A stretch of 64,000 bases of DNA from an uncultured Planctomycetota bacterium (GTDB lineage: Bacteria; Planctomycetota; Planctomycetia; Isosphaerales; Isosphaeraceae): NCBI GenBank assembly GCA_963823665.1, contig CAWGMQ010000007.1, positions 736,001-800,000 on the forward strand, in the 5' to 3' direction. The notes under the pieces were generated by a model. It ran no database searches and was not told where the DNA came from. It worked only from the letters and a program-made list of their open reading frames with translations. Below are positions 1 through 11,267 of the stretch, piece after piece (the stretch's first letter is position 1; every line of letters starts with the position of its first letter). The translations under genes and the position numbers were made by a program.

Positions 1-2959
1 TCACCCAGTACGGCTCGATCATCGGGACGCTGGAGTACATGAGTCCCGAGCAGGCCGAGATGAGCGCCCTGGGGGTGGACACGCGCAGCGACGTCTATGC
101 GCTGGGCGTGCTGCTCTACGAGTTGTTGACGGGCACGACGCCGCTGGAGCGCATGTCGCTGCGGGAGGCGGGGTATGCCGAGATCCTCCGGCGGATCAAG
201 GAAGAAGAGCCGCCCCGGCCGAGCACGCGGCTGAGCGCGTCGCGCGCGGCGCTGCCGTCGATTTCGGCGCAGCGGAAGACCGAGCCGGAGAAGCTGACGA
301 GGCTGATGCGGGGGGAGCTGGACTGGATCGCGATGAAGTGCCTGGAGAAGGACCGGACGCGGCGATATGAGACGGCCATCGGGCTGGCGCAGGACGTCGA
401 GCGGTACCTGAACGACGAGCCGGTGGAAGCATGCCCGCCGTCGGCGTCGTACCGGCTGCGGAAGTTCGCGCGCAAGCACCGGGCGCCGATCGCGGTCGCG
501 GCGAGCTTCCTGTTCCTGCTGGTGGCCGCCGTCATCGTCAGCGCATGGCAGGCCAGGGCGGCCCGGCGGGCCGAAGGGCGGGCGATGGCGGAGCGAGAGC
601 GGGCGCTGGCCGCCGAGCTCGAAGCGACGTCGCAGCGCGACCTGGCCACGGACGGGCGGAGGGAGTCCGAAGCCTCCCGGGAGGCGCTGCGGCGTTCGCT
701 GTATGCCTCGGACATCCAACTGGCCCAGGCGGCTTGGAAGTCGGGCAGCATCCTCCGGATGCGTGAGCTGCTGGACGGCCATAAGCCCCGAGGAGGCGAG
801 GACGACCTCCGCGGCTTCGAATGGCATTACCTGCGGCGGCTGGGCTCGGCATTCCGCTCGTTCCAGCCGATGCGGGAAGCCGTGGGTGGGGTGCTGAGCC
901 CCGACGGTCGGCGCTATGCCCGCGCCGTGCGGGTTCGCGCCCGAGGGGCCGCGATCGGCCAGGAATTCCAAGTGAGGCTCTGGGACACGACCTCGGGGCA
1001 AGAACTGCGCGGTTTCACCCCATTTCCGGGCGAAATGGCCGTCATCATCATCGGCGGCGGCACATTCAGCCGCGACGGCAAGCGCTTCGCGTTCCAGGCT
1101 CTCCTCCGCGACGCGGCTGGCCGGGAACACCGGCGGTACACGGTCTGGGAGTGGGACAGCGGCCGCGTGCTGTTCGCCCCGGCCGATCCCGCCGATGCCA
1201 TCGTAGGAGGGACGTTCGATCCCGCGGGCCAGCGGCTGGCGGCCGCGGTCCTCCGGCCGGGAGACAAGGGGGAGTGTGAGCTGAAAGTCTGGGAGGTCGA
1301 GGGCGGCAAGGAACTCTTCACGATCCCGCTGACGGTGATGTCCTCGCTCGCATACAGGGGCCTCGCGTTCAACCCGGACGGGACTTGCATCGCCGCCCTG
1401 GCGCAGGGCGCAGGTGCTGGGAACGATAAGGAGGGCACGGATGTTCGGGTCTGGGATGTCACGTCGGGCAGGGAGCGGCTGCGGTTCCCGATCTCTGCGA
1501 CGAACGTCTTGGCCTACAGCCCCGATGGCCACCGCCTCGCCGTGGGAGCCGGCTGGGTGGGCTCGGCCCCTGCAAAGGCCCCGATCCGGATCCACGACGC
1601 CGGGTCGGGACGGGAACTCCTGCAACTGACATGGGAAGACGAAGCCGGCGATCCCCGGGACCTCGGCGTCGTCGGGAGGATCGCCTTCAGCCCCGACGGT
1701 TCGCGCCTGGCCGCCGCGGCGAGGGATGGCAGGCTGTGGGTCTGGGATCTGACCGCCGTCGAGCCGGGGGGCCACCGCCCGCCGGCTCGCGTCCTGGAGG
1801 AGCGGCGCATCCCGCTCAGCGATGTGGCCTGGGGCGCTGACGGCGGCTCGGTCTCCACCTGCGACATCGGCGGGACGATCCAGACGTGGGAACTTGCGGC
1901 TCGCGAGGATCGCCTGGTGCAGCGAGGTCCGTGCTACGAATCTTTCCCACCGTCCTGCTCCGAGGACGCCTCGCGCTTCTGCGCCGCCTTCAGCACACCG
2001 GCAGGGATCGAGCTGAAGGTCTGGGACCGGACCGGAAAAGTGCGGTTCACGGCGAAGGACGAAGCATTCGAGATCAGACCGGGCTTCGTGTACGTGAGGC
2101 GGCTGAAGCTGAGCCGCGACGGCGATCGCCTCGCGTTCACCTCGGCGGGCCCCGGCGCGATCCGCGCCTGGGATGTCGCCACCGGTCGGGTGCTCCTGCG
2201 CCGTGACGGCAAACAAGAACGAGTCTGGTTTAGCGGCGCCGCGTTCGCCCCGGACGGGCGGCGCCTGGCTGCAATCTCCACTGGGCCACGGGACTCCGCC
2301 GGCACCCTTACCTCCCGAGTGCTCGTCTGGGACCTCGAATCCGGCAAGGAAGAGCGTCGCCTGGATATCCCGTGGGCGGGATCCGACTCGGGGTTGGCCT
2401 TCAGCCCGGACGGGACCCGGCTCGCAGGAGCTGTCGGGTGGCCGACTGACGAGTCGCCGACGGTCAAGGTTCGGGTCTGGGACGCCGCCACGGGCGCGGT
2501 GATCATGGCCCGAGAGTTCCCCTTCGCCAGCCGGGCCATGCCGGCTTTCAGCGCGGATGGGTCGTTGCTCGCCGTGGCGGTCGGAGAGTGGTGGGGCTCG
2601 AGCGAGGTGAAGGTGCTGGATATCTCCAGCGGTAAGGAGTTGCGCTCGTTCGCGGGGCATCGCAACCAGGTCCACGGGCTGGTCTTCAGCCCTGATGGCC
2701 AACGGTTGGCCTCCTCGAGCGCGCCCCTGTCACTGCCTTCAACCGGACGGACGCCGAGGTCAAGCTCTGGGACGTCGCCGGCGGCCGCGAACTGCTGACC
2801 TTCCCGGCGACGAGTCGGGGCGACCTAGCGTTCAGCCCCGACGGCAGGCGGCTCACGTATGTGTCGGTGGCCAAGGACCGCGGAGATGCCGTAGTGCAGG
2901 TGTGGGACGCCACGCCGATGCCCGACGGTGTGACTCAGGTATCGCGACGACTACCATGA
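1..2959 (+). CDS. Ser/Thr protein kinase with TM segment and WD40 beta-propellers (5' end outside window; one frameshift near 2745)
   Basis: GTLEYMSPEQA, DVYALGVLLYELLTG, LRGFEWHYL and many AFSPDG/VWD repeats. After ~2750 the WD40 pattern continues in another frame (AEVKLWDVAGGRELLTF...VQVWDATP) to TGA at 2957-2959. Confidence 0.88.
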
Positions 2960-3095
2960 CGCGGCTCGGCGGATTACCCCGGATGACGATGTTCCGTGCT
3001 CTCGTGTCGATCCTGCCCAAGTCGCTCCGGTGCGGCGATGCCCCGGGTTGGACAGGGTCGAGATGGGAGCGGACAGGCGGCGCCGATCTCCTCCC

Positions 3096-3695
3096 ATGAA
3101 CGAAGTGACCCGGATCCTCGAGGCGATGTCGCAGGGCGAGGCGGGCGCCGCCGATCGGCTGCTGCCGCTGGTCTACGAGGAGCTGCGCAACCTGGCCGCC
3201 GCCCGGCTCGCCCGGGAGAAACCCGGCCAGACGCTCCAGGCGACGGCCCTGGTGCACGAGGCCTATCTGCGGCTGGTGGGCGGTGACGACTCGAAGCCGT
3301 GGAACGGCCGCGGCCATTTCTTCGGGGCGGCGGCGGAGGCCATGCGGCGCATCCTGGTCGAGGGCGTCCGGCGCAAGGTCCGCATCCGCCATGGGGGCGG
3401 GCTCAGGCGGGTCGACATCGAAGAAGGATGTTCCCTGGCCCAGCCCCCGCCGGACGACGACCTGCTGGCCCTCGACGAGGCCCTCGACCGTCTCGACGCA
3501 CTCGACCCGAAGCGGGCCGAGCTGGTGAAGCTCCGCTTCTTCGCCGGATTGACCATGCCCGAGGCGGCCGACGCGATGAAGATCTCGGTGGCCACCGCCG
3601 AGCGATACTGGGCGTTCGCGCGCACCTGGCTGTTCGCCGAGCTGGGCGGGGAGCCTCCGCCGGGCCCCCGGCCGAAGAATTCGCCGACGGCGTGA
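3096..3695 (+). CDS. ECF RNA polymerase sigma factor, TIGR02999-like kinase-associated group
   Basis: MNEVTRIL...LLPLVYEELRNLAAARL...QTLQATALVHEAYLRL...LDEALDRL...VKLRFFAGLT; lies directly upstream of a kinase. Confidence 0.93.
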   Translation: MNEVTRILEAMSQGEAGAADRLLPLVYEELRNLAAARLAREKPGQTLQATALVHEAYLRLVGGDDSKPWNGRGHFFGAAAEAMRRILVEGVRRKVRIRHGGGLRRVDIEEGCSLAQPPPDDDLLALDEALDRLDALDPKRAELVKLRFFAGLTMPEAADAMKISVATAERYWAFARTWLFAELGGEPPPGPRPKNSPTA

Positions 3696-3752
3696 GGGGA
3701 TCCGGGCGGTTCCGTCGCACTGACCATCGGAACCCAATGGAGGAGCCCAGCC

Positions 3753-6280
3753 ATGACCGACCTTTCCGTCATCGAGTCGATCTTCCTCGCCGCCCTGGAA
3801 CGGCCGACGCCCGAGGCCCGCGCCGTGTACCTGGACGCCAATTGCCCCGACCCGGAGGTCCGCCGACACGTCGAGCGGCTGCTCGCCGCCCACCCCGCGG
3901 TCGGCAGCTTCCTCGACTCGCCCGCCGGGGAGGTGACGGCCGACTACCGGCCGATCGCCGAGCGGCCCGGCACCTCGATCGGACCGTACAGGTTGATGGA
4001 GCAGATCGGCGAGGGCGGCATGGGCCTGGTCTTCGTCGCGGAGCAGCAGCAGCCCGTCCGCCGCAAGGTGGCGCTCAAGATCATCAAGCCGGGGATGGAC
4101 ACCCGCGACGTGATCGCCCGGTTCGAGGCGGAGCGCCAGGCCCTCGCGCTGATGGACCACCCCCACATCGCCCGCGTCTTCGACGCCGGCCAGACCGACA
4201 GCGGCCTGCCCTACTTCGTGATGGAGCTGGTCCGGGGGATGCCGATCATCGAGTACTGCGACCGGCAGCAGCTCAGCACCAGGGAACGGCTGGAGCTGTT
4301 CGTCGACGTCTGCCAGGCCGTCCAGGACGCGCACTCCAAGGGCATCATCCACCGCGATCTGAAGCCGTCGAACATCCTGGTGGCGCCACACGACGGCGTG
4401 CCCGTGGTCAAGGTGATCAACTTCGGGGTGGCCAAGGCTGTCGGCCAGCAACTCACCGACAAGACGATCTACACCCGGTTCCAGCAGATGATCGGCACGC
4501 CACTGTACATGAGCCCCGAGCAGGCGGAGATCAACGCGCTGGACGTCGACATCCGCAGCGACGTCTACAGCCTGGGCGTGCTGCTGTACGAGCTCTTGAC
4601 CGGCACCACGCCGTTCGACCGGGCGCGGTTCGCCGCCGCGGCGTACGACGAGATCCGCCGGATCATCCGGGAGGAGGACCCGCCCAAGCCCAGCACCCGG
4701 CTGAGCACGCTGGGCGAGACGATCGCGGCGGTGTCGTCGCGGCGGAGGACCGAGCCGGCGAAGCTGTCGGCCCTGGTGCGCGGCGACCTCGACTGGATCG
4801 TGATGAAGGCGATGGAGAAGGACCGGGCGCGTCGGTACGAGACGGCCACTGCCTTCGCAGCCGACGTCCGGCGCTTCCTCGCCGAGGAGGCCATCGAGGC
4901 GCGGCCGCCGTCGTCGTCGTACCGGCTGAGGAAATTCGTGCGGCGGCACCGCGTACCGGTCGGCGGCGGCGCGGCGCTGCTGTCGATGCTCGTGCTGGGC
5001 CTGGCCGGCACGAGGCTCGGCCTGATCCGGGCGAGGCGGGAAGCGACGCGCGCCCGCGTTGCGCTCCTGGAGGCCCAGGAGCAACGCCTCGCGGCGACGG
5101 CTGCGCAGCAAGAGGCGGTCCTCGAGAGGAACGGCGCGGTCGCCGCGCGCGAGGACCTGCGGCGGTCGCTCTACACCGCCGACATCCAACTGGCCGACGA
5201 AGCCCGCGAGTCGGGCGACATCCTCCAGATGCGCGAGTTGCTGGACGGACAGAAGCCCCGGCCCGGCGAGGCCGACCTCCGCGGCTTCGAGTGGCATTAC
5301 CTGAGGCGGCCCGCCGCGACGTTTCGCCCGATCCGGCTGGGCCGCGCCTCGCTCACCGAGGCACTCAGCCCCGATGGAACGCGATACGCCTGGCTGAGGG
5401 ACGCCGGTCAATCGAGGGAGGCGGACGCGGGCCGGCGGATCGAGCTCGGGCTGATGGACGTGGCCTCGGGCCGCGAGGTGTGCAGCATCGTCCCCGTGCC
5501 GGGCGAGACGATGACCAATTATCAGTTCCCGCGCGTATTCAGTCCCGACAGCAAGCGGTTCGTGTTCGCGGCTCGCATCCGCGACGGGTCCGGCCAGCAA
5601 GCCTGGCGGCTCAAGGTCTTCGACTGGGAGACCGGTCGCGACGTGGTGGCGGCCGAGGAAACGGGGCCGCCCGGCTGCGCGTCCGGGATCTCGCCGCGGG
5701 CCGGGAGGTGCTCCGTCGCGACGACGAGGGCGGTTCCTTCCATTCCGCCGCCTTCAGCTCCGACGGGCGACGGCTGGCGGCGGCATGGTGGGGGTACTTG
5801 AACGATTCCCGATTGGAGCAGGAGCACCGGGTTTTGTCATGGGACCTGGAGACGGGCCGCGAGCGGCTGAATCTGGACGTGCCGTACGTGGCCACCCTGG
5901 CGTTCAGCCCCAACGGGCGTCGGCTCGCGTGCGGGATTTCCGCCGCGCCCGGCCGGGCGGAAACGGGCGAGCTCCGGGTCTGGGATGTTGCGTCGGGCGA
6001 AAGGGTCCTGACGCGGAAGTTGGCGCACGGTCATGTCGGCGGCCTGGCCTACAGCCCTGACGGCACGTCGCTGGCCATAGCCGTCGGCGACGTGGGCGAG
6101 GCTGGGATGATCGAGGTGCTCAATGCCGATAGCGGTCGGGAGCGGCTCGCGCTCGCCGGCCATCGCTACATGATCTGGATGCTGGCGTTCAGCCCCGACG
6201 GGACGCGGCTGGCCTCGCTCGCCTCGTACCCGACGCGGGCAGCCGAGGTGAAGCTGTGGGACCTGGCCGGAGGCCGATAA
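3753..6280 (+). pseudogene. Ser/Thr kinase-WD40 protein, paralogue of the upstream kinase, apparently decayed
   Basis: IGEGGMG, VALKIIK and HRDLKPSN present but DFG reads NFG (4419-4427). Frame switch at ~5655 coincides with loss of ~1 kb of WD40 repeats relative to the upstream paralogue. Stops at VKLWDLAGGR* where the paralogue continues. Confidence 0.7.
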
Positions 6281-6667
6281 CCGAGGGATGCCCACGCAGG
6301 GCTTGCCCTCACGATCGGTCACGCCGCGGCTTTCAGCGACCAGGTTGCCGAGGGCGACATCAGCGGCCTTCTCGCCCGGTAGCCCGAGGGAAGCCGGGCT
6401 CGACTGCCGGTTCAGATGGATATTCGCTCGACGATGTCCCGCATAACCTTACGCCGCTTCTCTTGCATCCGGGTGTTCCGCGGGTGGGCTTGGGCGGAGA
6501 GGTATCGGTTCGACAAGGAGTCGCTCGATGCTTCGGTCCAACGACACCGACGCGCGCCGATGCTCTGCGCAACCAAAGCCCCAGCGGTGCGTGGTTCGCG
6601 TGCAGGGGCGCAGCCAGACCGACAGAAGCCCCGCCTGGCCCGGAATCGACTTAATCAGCAAAGCTGC

Positions 6668-7541
6668 TCAAAATTCGCCGAATCCAGATCGATTATCGTG
6701 ACCACTCATAGAGCCCCCGCGCCTCGCCCCTCGCAGACTCATCGGCACCTCAAGCCCGTGCTGTTCCATGCTCGCCGCGTCACAAAGAATCAGCGCGCTC
6801 GCGCCATCCGCTGCCACCTTCCCCTCGTCCAGCACCACGGTTCGCGGGCATACTTCCAGCACGAGCTCAAGGTCATGCGTGGCGATCAGCTTGGTGCACG
6901 AGAGCCCCAGCAGAAGCTGGATAAACCTCCGGCGGGCTCGTGGGTCGAGGTTGGCCGAGGGCTCGTCGAGCACCAGGATTGACGGCTCGCATGCCAGCAC
7001 ACCGGCCAAGCACGCCCGCTTGCGCTCGCCGAAGCTGAGATGATGGGGAGGCCGATCAGCCAGCCCCGCCAGGTCGACTTGCGCGAGGCATTCAAGCGCG
7101 ATCGCCTTTGCCTCCGCGGCGCTCTTCCCCAGGTTCAGCGGTCCAAACGCCACATCTTCGATCACTGTGTTGCAGAAAAGCTGGTCGTCCGGGTCTTGAA
7201 ACACCAGCCCCACTCGCCGTCGCACCTCGAACGCCGTTCGTTCGCTCACCGGCAGACCATCGATCCACACCCGCGGCTCGCTCGGCCCGCGGCGGTCACG
7301 GCCGTCGAGTCCGGCATCGTGCGCGTGGCTCGAGCGCGCCGCGCGGCTTCCCAGGCAGCAAGCCGTTCAAGTGCAGCATGAACGTGCTCTTGCCCGCGCC
7401 GTTAGGCCCGACCACGGCCACCGACTCGCCGCTTGGCACGGCCAGCTCAACCCCGCGCAGCGCTTCTTTCCCGTCGGGATAACGGTAGGTGAGCCTGCTC
7501 ACGCGGATCGCCGGAGTCGTGTCGCTGGATAGACCGGTCAT
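6668..7541 (-). CDS. cbiO: ECF-type Ni/Co transporter ATPase (NikO/CbiO); frameshift near 7340
   Basis: GPNGAGKST Walker A in ORF 7296..7541; VFQDPDDQLF, LSFGERKR, LDEP and THD in ORF 6668..7270. Confidence 0.9.
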
Positions 7542-7586
7542 TTTCGAGAGAAATCGCTTCGTTCGTTCGTGGCCGTCAAGGGGGAG

Positions 7587-8240
7587 TTATTCCTCGAGGC
7601 TGCGGAGTGTGCCCTGCCAGCCGCGAGCGACCATCGCCCCGTGCACTCGCTCCGCGCGCTCGAATGCCCGCAGAAAAAGCAGACCGATCAAGCCTCCCGC
7701 CAGGCCGAACGAAAAGGTGCCGCGCCCTCGAAATGATCGCGCTCGCCGCGCCGTCGCCATGCGATCGAGCTCCTCGGCCAGCACGAAGCGATACCGCTCC
7801 ATGATGGCGAGCGTCGCCACCAGCACGCGCGGAAGCCCCAGCTTCCGCAGTGCCGCCAGAAGCGTGTGAAACGAAGTCACTGCCGATAGCAAGAGCATCG
7901 CGACAATCGCCAGGCTGTTCTTGATCATGATGCTCAAGAGCACGACACCTAGACCAGCAGTCGCCCGGTCGGGATGGGCCGGCGCGAGCACAACTGCGAG
8001 AAAAGCAATCAAGACCAGAAAGGTGAGCCAGCGCCGGACGAGATCGGCCGGCGAAACGCCCGACAGTCCAATCAAGAGCGCCATGACAAATCCGAGAGCT
8101 CCAAGCCGGCTCCAGGCCCCGATCGGTGTGAGAACCGTGAAAACGACGAACGCCAGGGTCGCGATCAGCTTGACTCGCGCGTCGAGCCGCTCGAGCGGGC
8201 CGGACCGTTTTCCCGATCGGTCGAACGGTTCAAACCGCAT
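7587..8240 (-). CDS. cbiQ: ECF-type Ni/Co transporter T component (NikQ/CbiQ)
   Basis: LERLDARVKL...MERYRFVL...RAFERAERVHGAMVARGW; several TM helices; position between M and O genes. Confidence 0.9.
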   Translation of the reverse strand: MRFEPFDRSGKRSGPLERLDARVKLIATLAFVVFTVLTPIGAWSRLGALGFVMALLIGLSGVSPADLVRRWLTFLVLIAFLAVVLAPAHPDRATAGLGVVLLSIMIKNSLAIVAMLLLSAVTSFHTLLAALRKLGLPRVLVATLAIMERYRFVLAEELDRMATARRARSFRGRGTFSFGLAGGLIGLLFLRAFERAERVHGAMVARGWQGTLRSLEE

Positions 8241-9213
8241 CGGCGTGTGCCTCGATCGGCTTCGTGCGCGGCAGCAGACGCGCCATCCCAAGCGCGACGC
8301 CAAAAACGACCAGCGTGCCCACGACACCGGCTGCGGCCGTCGCCACCTTCACGTGATCGGCACCCGCAATCCAGAGTTTGTAATCGGGCATTGGAGAGGG
8401 GACCTTTGCTGGTCCCTCGTCTCGAGCGACGACCGCGAGCTTCTTGCCCACGAACTCGAGGCCGTCATCCCATTCGGAAGCAATCGGCGCCAGGAAGACC
8501 GCGACCGCCAGGGCGACTCCCAGTCCGCCCAGAATTGCCTGGCCCCACCTTGTCGCCGTGCCCGGCCGCGCGATTGCCGGATCCGCGTCCTCGAAGAGAT
8601 CAGGCCGGCGCAACAACAAGAAACGGACCGCGGCGCCGGTAATGAGGGCCTCGCCCAGTCCGATCACCGCGTGTACGAGCACCATCCACGCCAGCAGCCG
8701 CGGGAACTCGCCGCCATGCCCTGATGCCGCCAGCTCGACCGCGCACGCGCCGGAAGCCAGCAGCACCGAAAACCAGGCCGCGGCCATCGCCGCGATCAAG
8801 ACCCCCTTGTGTCCGCCGATCGCCCGCCGAATCGGTCTGTAGATCGCGTAACCGCCCACGGAGCCGATCAGCCCCATGTTCACGAAATTGGCACTGAGTG
8901 CCGTCACGCCGCCGTCGGCAAACATCAAGCACTGCACGAGGAGTACTGCGGCGATCACAATCGCACCCGCCCAGGGCCCCAGCAGCACGGCCGCCAGAAC
9001 GCCGCCGAGCAAATGCCCGGAAACCAGCGGCAACACCGGAAAATTCACCATCTGCGCGGCGAAGATGAACGCCGCCATGGTACCCATGAGAACGGTCGTC
9101 CCGTCACCCAGCCGCCGTTCGGTTTTCCGCACCGCAATCGCAAGCCCCACGGCGCCCACGACCGCAGTCGTCGCAATCACCTTGGCGTCGAGAATCGAGT
9201 CCGGAATGTGCAT
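8230..9213 (-). CDS. nikM: ECF-type metal transporter S component, NikM/CbiM fused to a PDGLE (NikN-like) domain; probably nickel
   Basis: N-terminal MHIPD metal-binding motif, [22 protein letters not shown]-terminal ASEWDDGLE...PMPDY. Confidence 0.85.
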   Translation of the reverse strand: MHIPDSILDAKVIATTAVVGAVGLAIAVRKTERRLGDGTTVLMGTMAAFIFAAQMVNFPVLPLVSGHLLGGVLAAVLLGPWAGAIVIAAVLLVQCLMFADGGVTALSANFVNMGLIGSVGGYAIYRPIRRAIGGHKGVLIAAMAAAWFSVLLASGACAVELAASGHGGEFPRLLAWMVLVHAVIGLGEALITGAAVRFLLLRRPDLFEDADPAIARPGTATRWGQAILGGLGVALAVAVFLAPIASEWDDGLEFVGKKLAVVARDEGPAKVPSPMPDYKLWIAGADHVKVATAAAGVVGTLVVFGVALGMARLLPRTKPIEAHADAV

Positions 9214-9329
9214 CGTTCCTGCTCACTAGGGCGACGGTTGTGTTGAGCCCGGCCATTCCCAATAAAACGCTCGAATTCGCACTCAACCGGTTCTGGGCGG
9301 GCCAGTCGCCCATTATGCAACAGATCCAT

Positions 9330-9371
9330 ATCGTAACGCCGGTATGTCGTCTCGTCAAAAACTTCATACCG
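9330..9371 (-). promoter_or_regulatory. sigma70-type promoter overlapped by a NikR-like operator
   Basis: Minus strand TTGACG(9358-9353)-17 bp-TACGAT(9335-9330). Palindrome GTATGT-N16-TCATAC at 9342-9369, one mismatch to the E. coli NikR site GTATGA-N16-TCATAC. Confidence 0.75.
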
Positions 9372-9494
9372 CATTTCGGAACCACGATTTTGCGTCGCGC
9401 GCTGCGCTCAGGAGGGCTTCCTTTTCGCTCCCGCAAACGCGACGATGGCATGGTTCGCCGGCATGTCGCCGACCTTCGATTTGAGGAAAAGTCC

Positions 9495-10133
9495 GTGAGC
9501 ATCCACACCCAGCGCAAAGACCACACGCGTTCCTTTCTGTGCGAGGAAGATCTCAACCCCGATCCGATCCGCCAGTTCGCGCTCTGGTACGAGGAAGCGC
9601 AACGATCGGGCAATCCCGAATCGAACGCGGCGGCGCTTGCCACGGCCACGCCAGAGGGCCGCCCGTCCGCGCGGATGGTCTTGCTTCGCGGCGCCGACGA
9701 GCGGGGCTTCTCGTTTTTCACGAACTACGAAAGTAGAAAGGCCCGCGAGCTCGAGGCCAACCCCTACGCCGCGCTCGTCTTTTTCTGGCACGAGCTCGAG
9801 CGCCAGGTCCGCATTGAAGGACGCACCGAACGCGTCTCCGCCGAAGAATCGGACCGCTATTTTCACAGTCGCCCCAGGGGTGCCCGTATCGGCGCCTGGG
9901 CCTCGCCCCAGAGCCAGGTCATCGCGGGCCGCGACTTCCTCGACTCGCAATACAGCGAATCTGAAATCCGCCACCCCGGCGAGACCATTCCCCGGCCTTC
10001 CAACTGGGGCGGCTACCGCCTCATTCCCGACTCCCTCGAATTCTGGCAAGGCCGCCCCAACCGCCTGCACGACCGTTTGCGCTACACCCGGCGCAGCGAC
10101 GGAACCTGGCTGATCGAGCGGTTGGCTCCGTGA
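9495..10133 (+). CDS. pdxH: pyridoxine/pyridoxamine 5'-phosphate oxidase
   Basis: [54 protein letters not shown] start after GAGG. Confidence 0.96.
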   Translation: MSIHTQRKDHTRSFLCEEDLNPDPIRQFALWYEEAQRSGNPESNAAALATATPEGRPSARMVLLRGADERGFSFFTNYESRKARELEANPYAALVFFWHELERQVRIEGRTERVSAEESDRYFHSRPRGARIGAWASPQSQVIAGRDFLDSQYSESEIRHPGETIPRPSNWGGYRLIPDSLEFWQGRPNRLHDRLRYTRRSDGTWLIERLAP

Positions 10134-10789
10134 CGATGTTCGGCAAAACGGAGACGCCGCCAATGGACACGACTGCGCACATCCTGGCTGCCCTCGAAGC
10201 CACCGGCCTGCTTCTCATTCAGGACCGATCGTTTCCAAACGTCGTCAATCTCATCACCGGCGAGACGCCGCGCGGCTCTTGGTGGGCGCATCCTCGCAGC
10301 CACGAGCTCTTCCGCTGCTTGAGCGCGATCGCCGCAGACCCGGGCGTGCTCGTGACCAAGCTCATTGATCGAAAAGTGACTTTCGTGCACCAGCGGCTAT
10401 GGCCCGCAGTCTCGTCGGTCGCTATGGCCCGCGCTCCGTGGCAGACGGATCGGCTTTCAAAAGAGGCGAGCCTCCTGCTGGACCAAGTTGAGCGCGAGGG
10501 ACAAATCGAGGCGTCGGGTCAGGAATCAGCAGAGCTCGAGCACAGGCTCCTGGTCCACGGAGACCAGATCCACACCGAGTCAGGCAAGCACATGACGCGC
10601 CTGGAAACGTGGGCGGCCTGGTCCCGCCGATCCGGTTCCGGACCGCCCGGTCCTCCCGAGGTTGCTCGGGCAGACCTCGAGAAATGCGTTGAAGATCTGG
10701 GCTTCCCTACCGACAGCCTCCCGTGGCACCATTACGAGCGCAAACGGCCAGGGAAGCACGGTAGCCGCAAGAAAGGCAAATCGCGTTAA
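10130..10789 (+). CDS. conserved hypothetical protein, possibly AlkZ-related winged-helix
   Basis: 219-aa ORF overlapping the pdxH stop (GTGA); RGSWWAHP and [15 protein letters not shown] motifs. Family assignment tentative. Confidence 0.65.
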   Translation: MTMFGKTETPPMDTTAHILAALEATGLLLIQDRSFPNVVNLITGETPRGSWWAHPRSHELFRCLSAIAADPGVLVTKLIDRKVTFVHQRLWPAVSSVAMARAPWQTDRLSKEASLLLDQVEREGQIEASGQESAELEHRLLVHGDQIHTESGKHMTRLETWAAWSRRSGSGPPGPPEVARADLEKCVEDLGFPTDSLPWHHYERKRPGKHGSRKKGKSR

Positions 10790-10862
10790 CACCGTTGCCG
10801 GGACCGCCACAAAAGTGACATCGTACAAGGGAAACCGCGACTTCGGTTCCAGTGAGGGCATC

Positions 10863-11156
10863 ATGAGCACGACGGATGAGCTCCCGACCATGAACCCCGC
10901 CGTTGCCGAAAGTCCGCCCGCCGCGAAGCGCCCGTGGTGGGTCCGCTTTGCCCTCTACGGCCTGCCCAACCGCCGCTCCGCTCTGGCATCGGTGATTATT
11001 CTGGTGTGGGTCGCAGCCCTTCTCGTCATCTACGGTTTCCGCGACCTCCGCTATTCTGCCGGTGCAATCCTCATCGCGCCCGCCATTGTATGGTACGCGA
11101 AAGCAATTACCTGGGCTGACCGCCATCACGGCTGGCCGCCCAAAACTCATCGTTAG
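10863..11156 (+). CDS. small membrane protein (two TM helices)
   Basis: ATG after GAGGG; RPWWVRFAL followed by two hydrophobic segments. Confidence 0.6.
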   Translation: MSTTDELPTMNPAVAESPPAAKRPWWVRFALYGLPNRRSALASVIILVWVAALLVIYGFRDLRYSAGAILIAPAIVWYAKAITWADRHHGWPPKTHR

Positions 11157-11267
11157 GGCACCACCGAATACCGCCGGGAGTTGGGCCGTCTATCTGAATA
11201 AGAGCAGCCGAAGACTCCGCCGGTCATTCGATCCGGCTCGCCACTCTCTCCCTCGGAGGAATCCGTC

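Noticed and set aside
2853..5600. 915-aa minus-strand ORF and 993-aa plus-strand ORF 3299..6280
   Set aside because: Shadow ORFs of high-GC coding DNA; only the last ~210 aa of the 993-aa ORF are real WD40 sequence
6281..6667. Possible gene remnant after the truncated kinase
   Set aside because: Short minus-strand peptides (e.g. EKRRKVMRDIVERISI) could not be assigned with any confidence
9214..9494. Cobalamin riboswitch upstream of the cbiM-like gene
   Set aside because: No B12-box or AGGGAA/GCCACTG core seen; a NikR-like operator explains the region better
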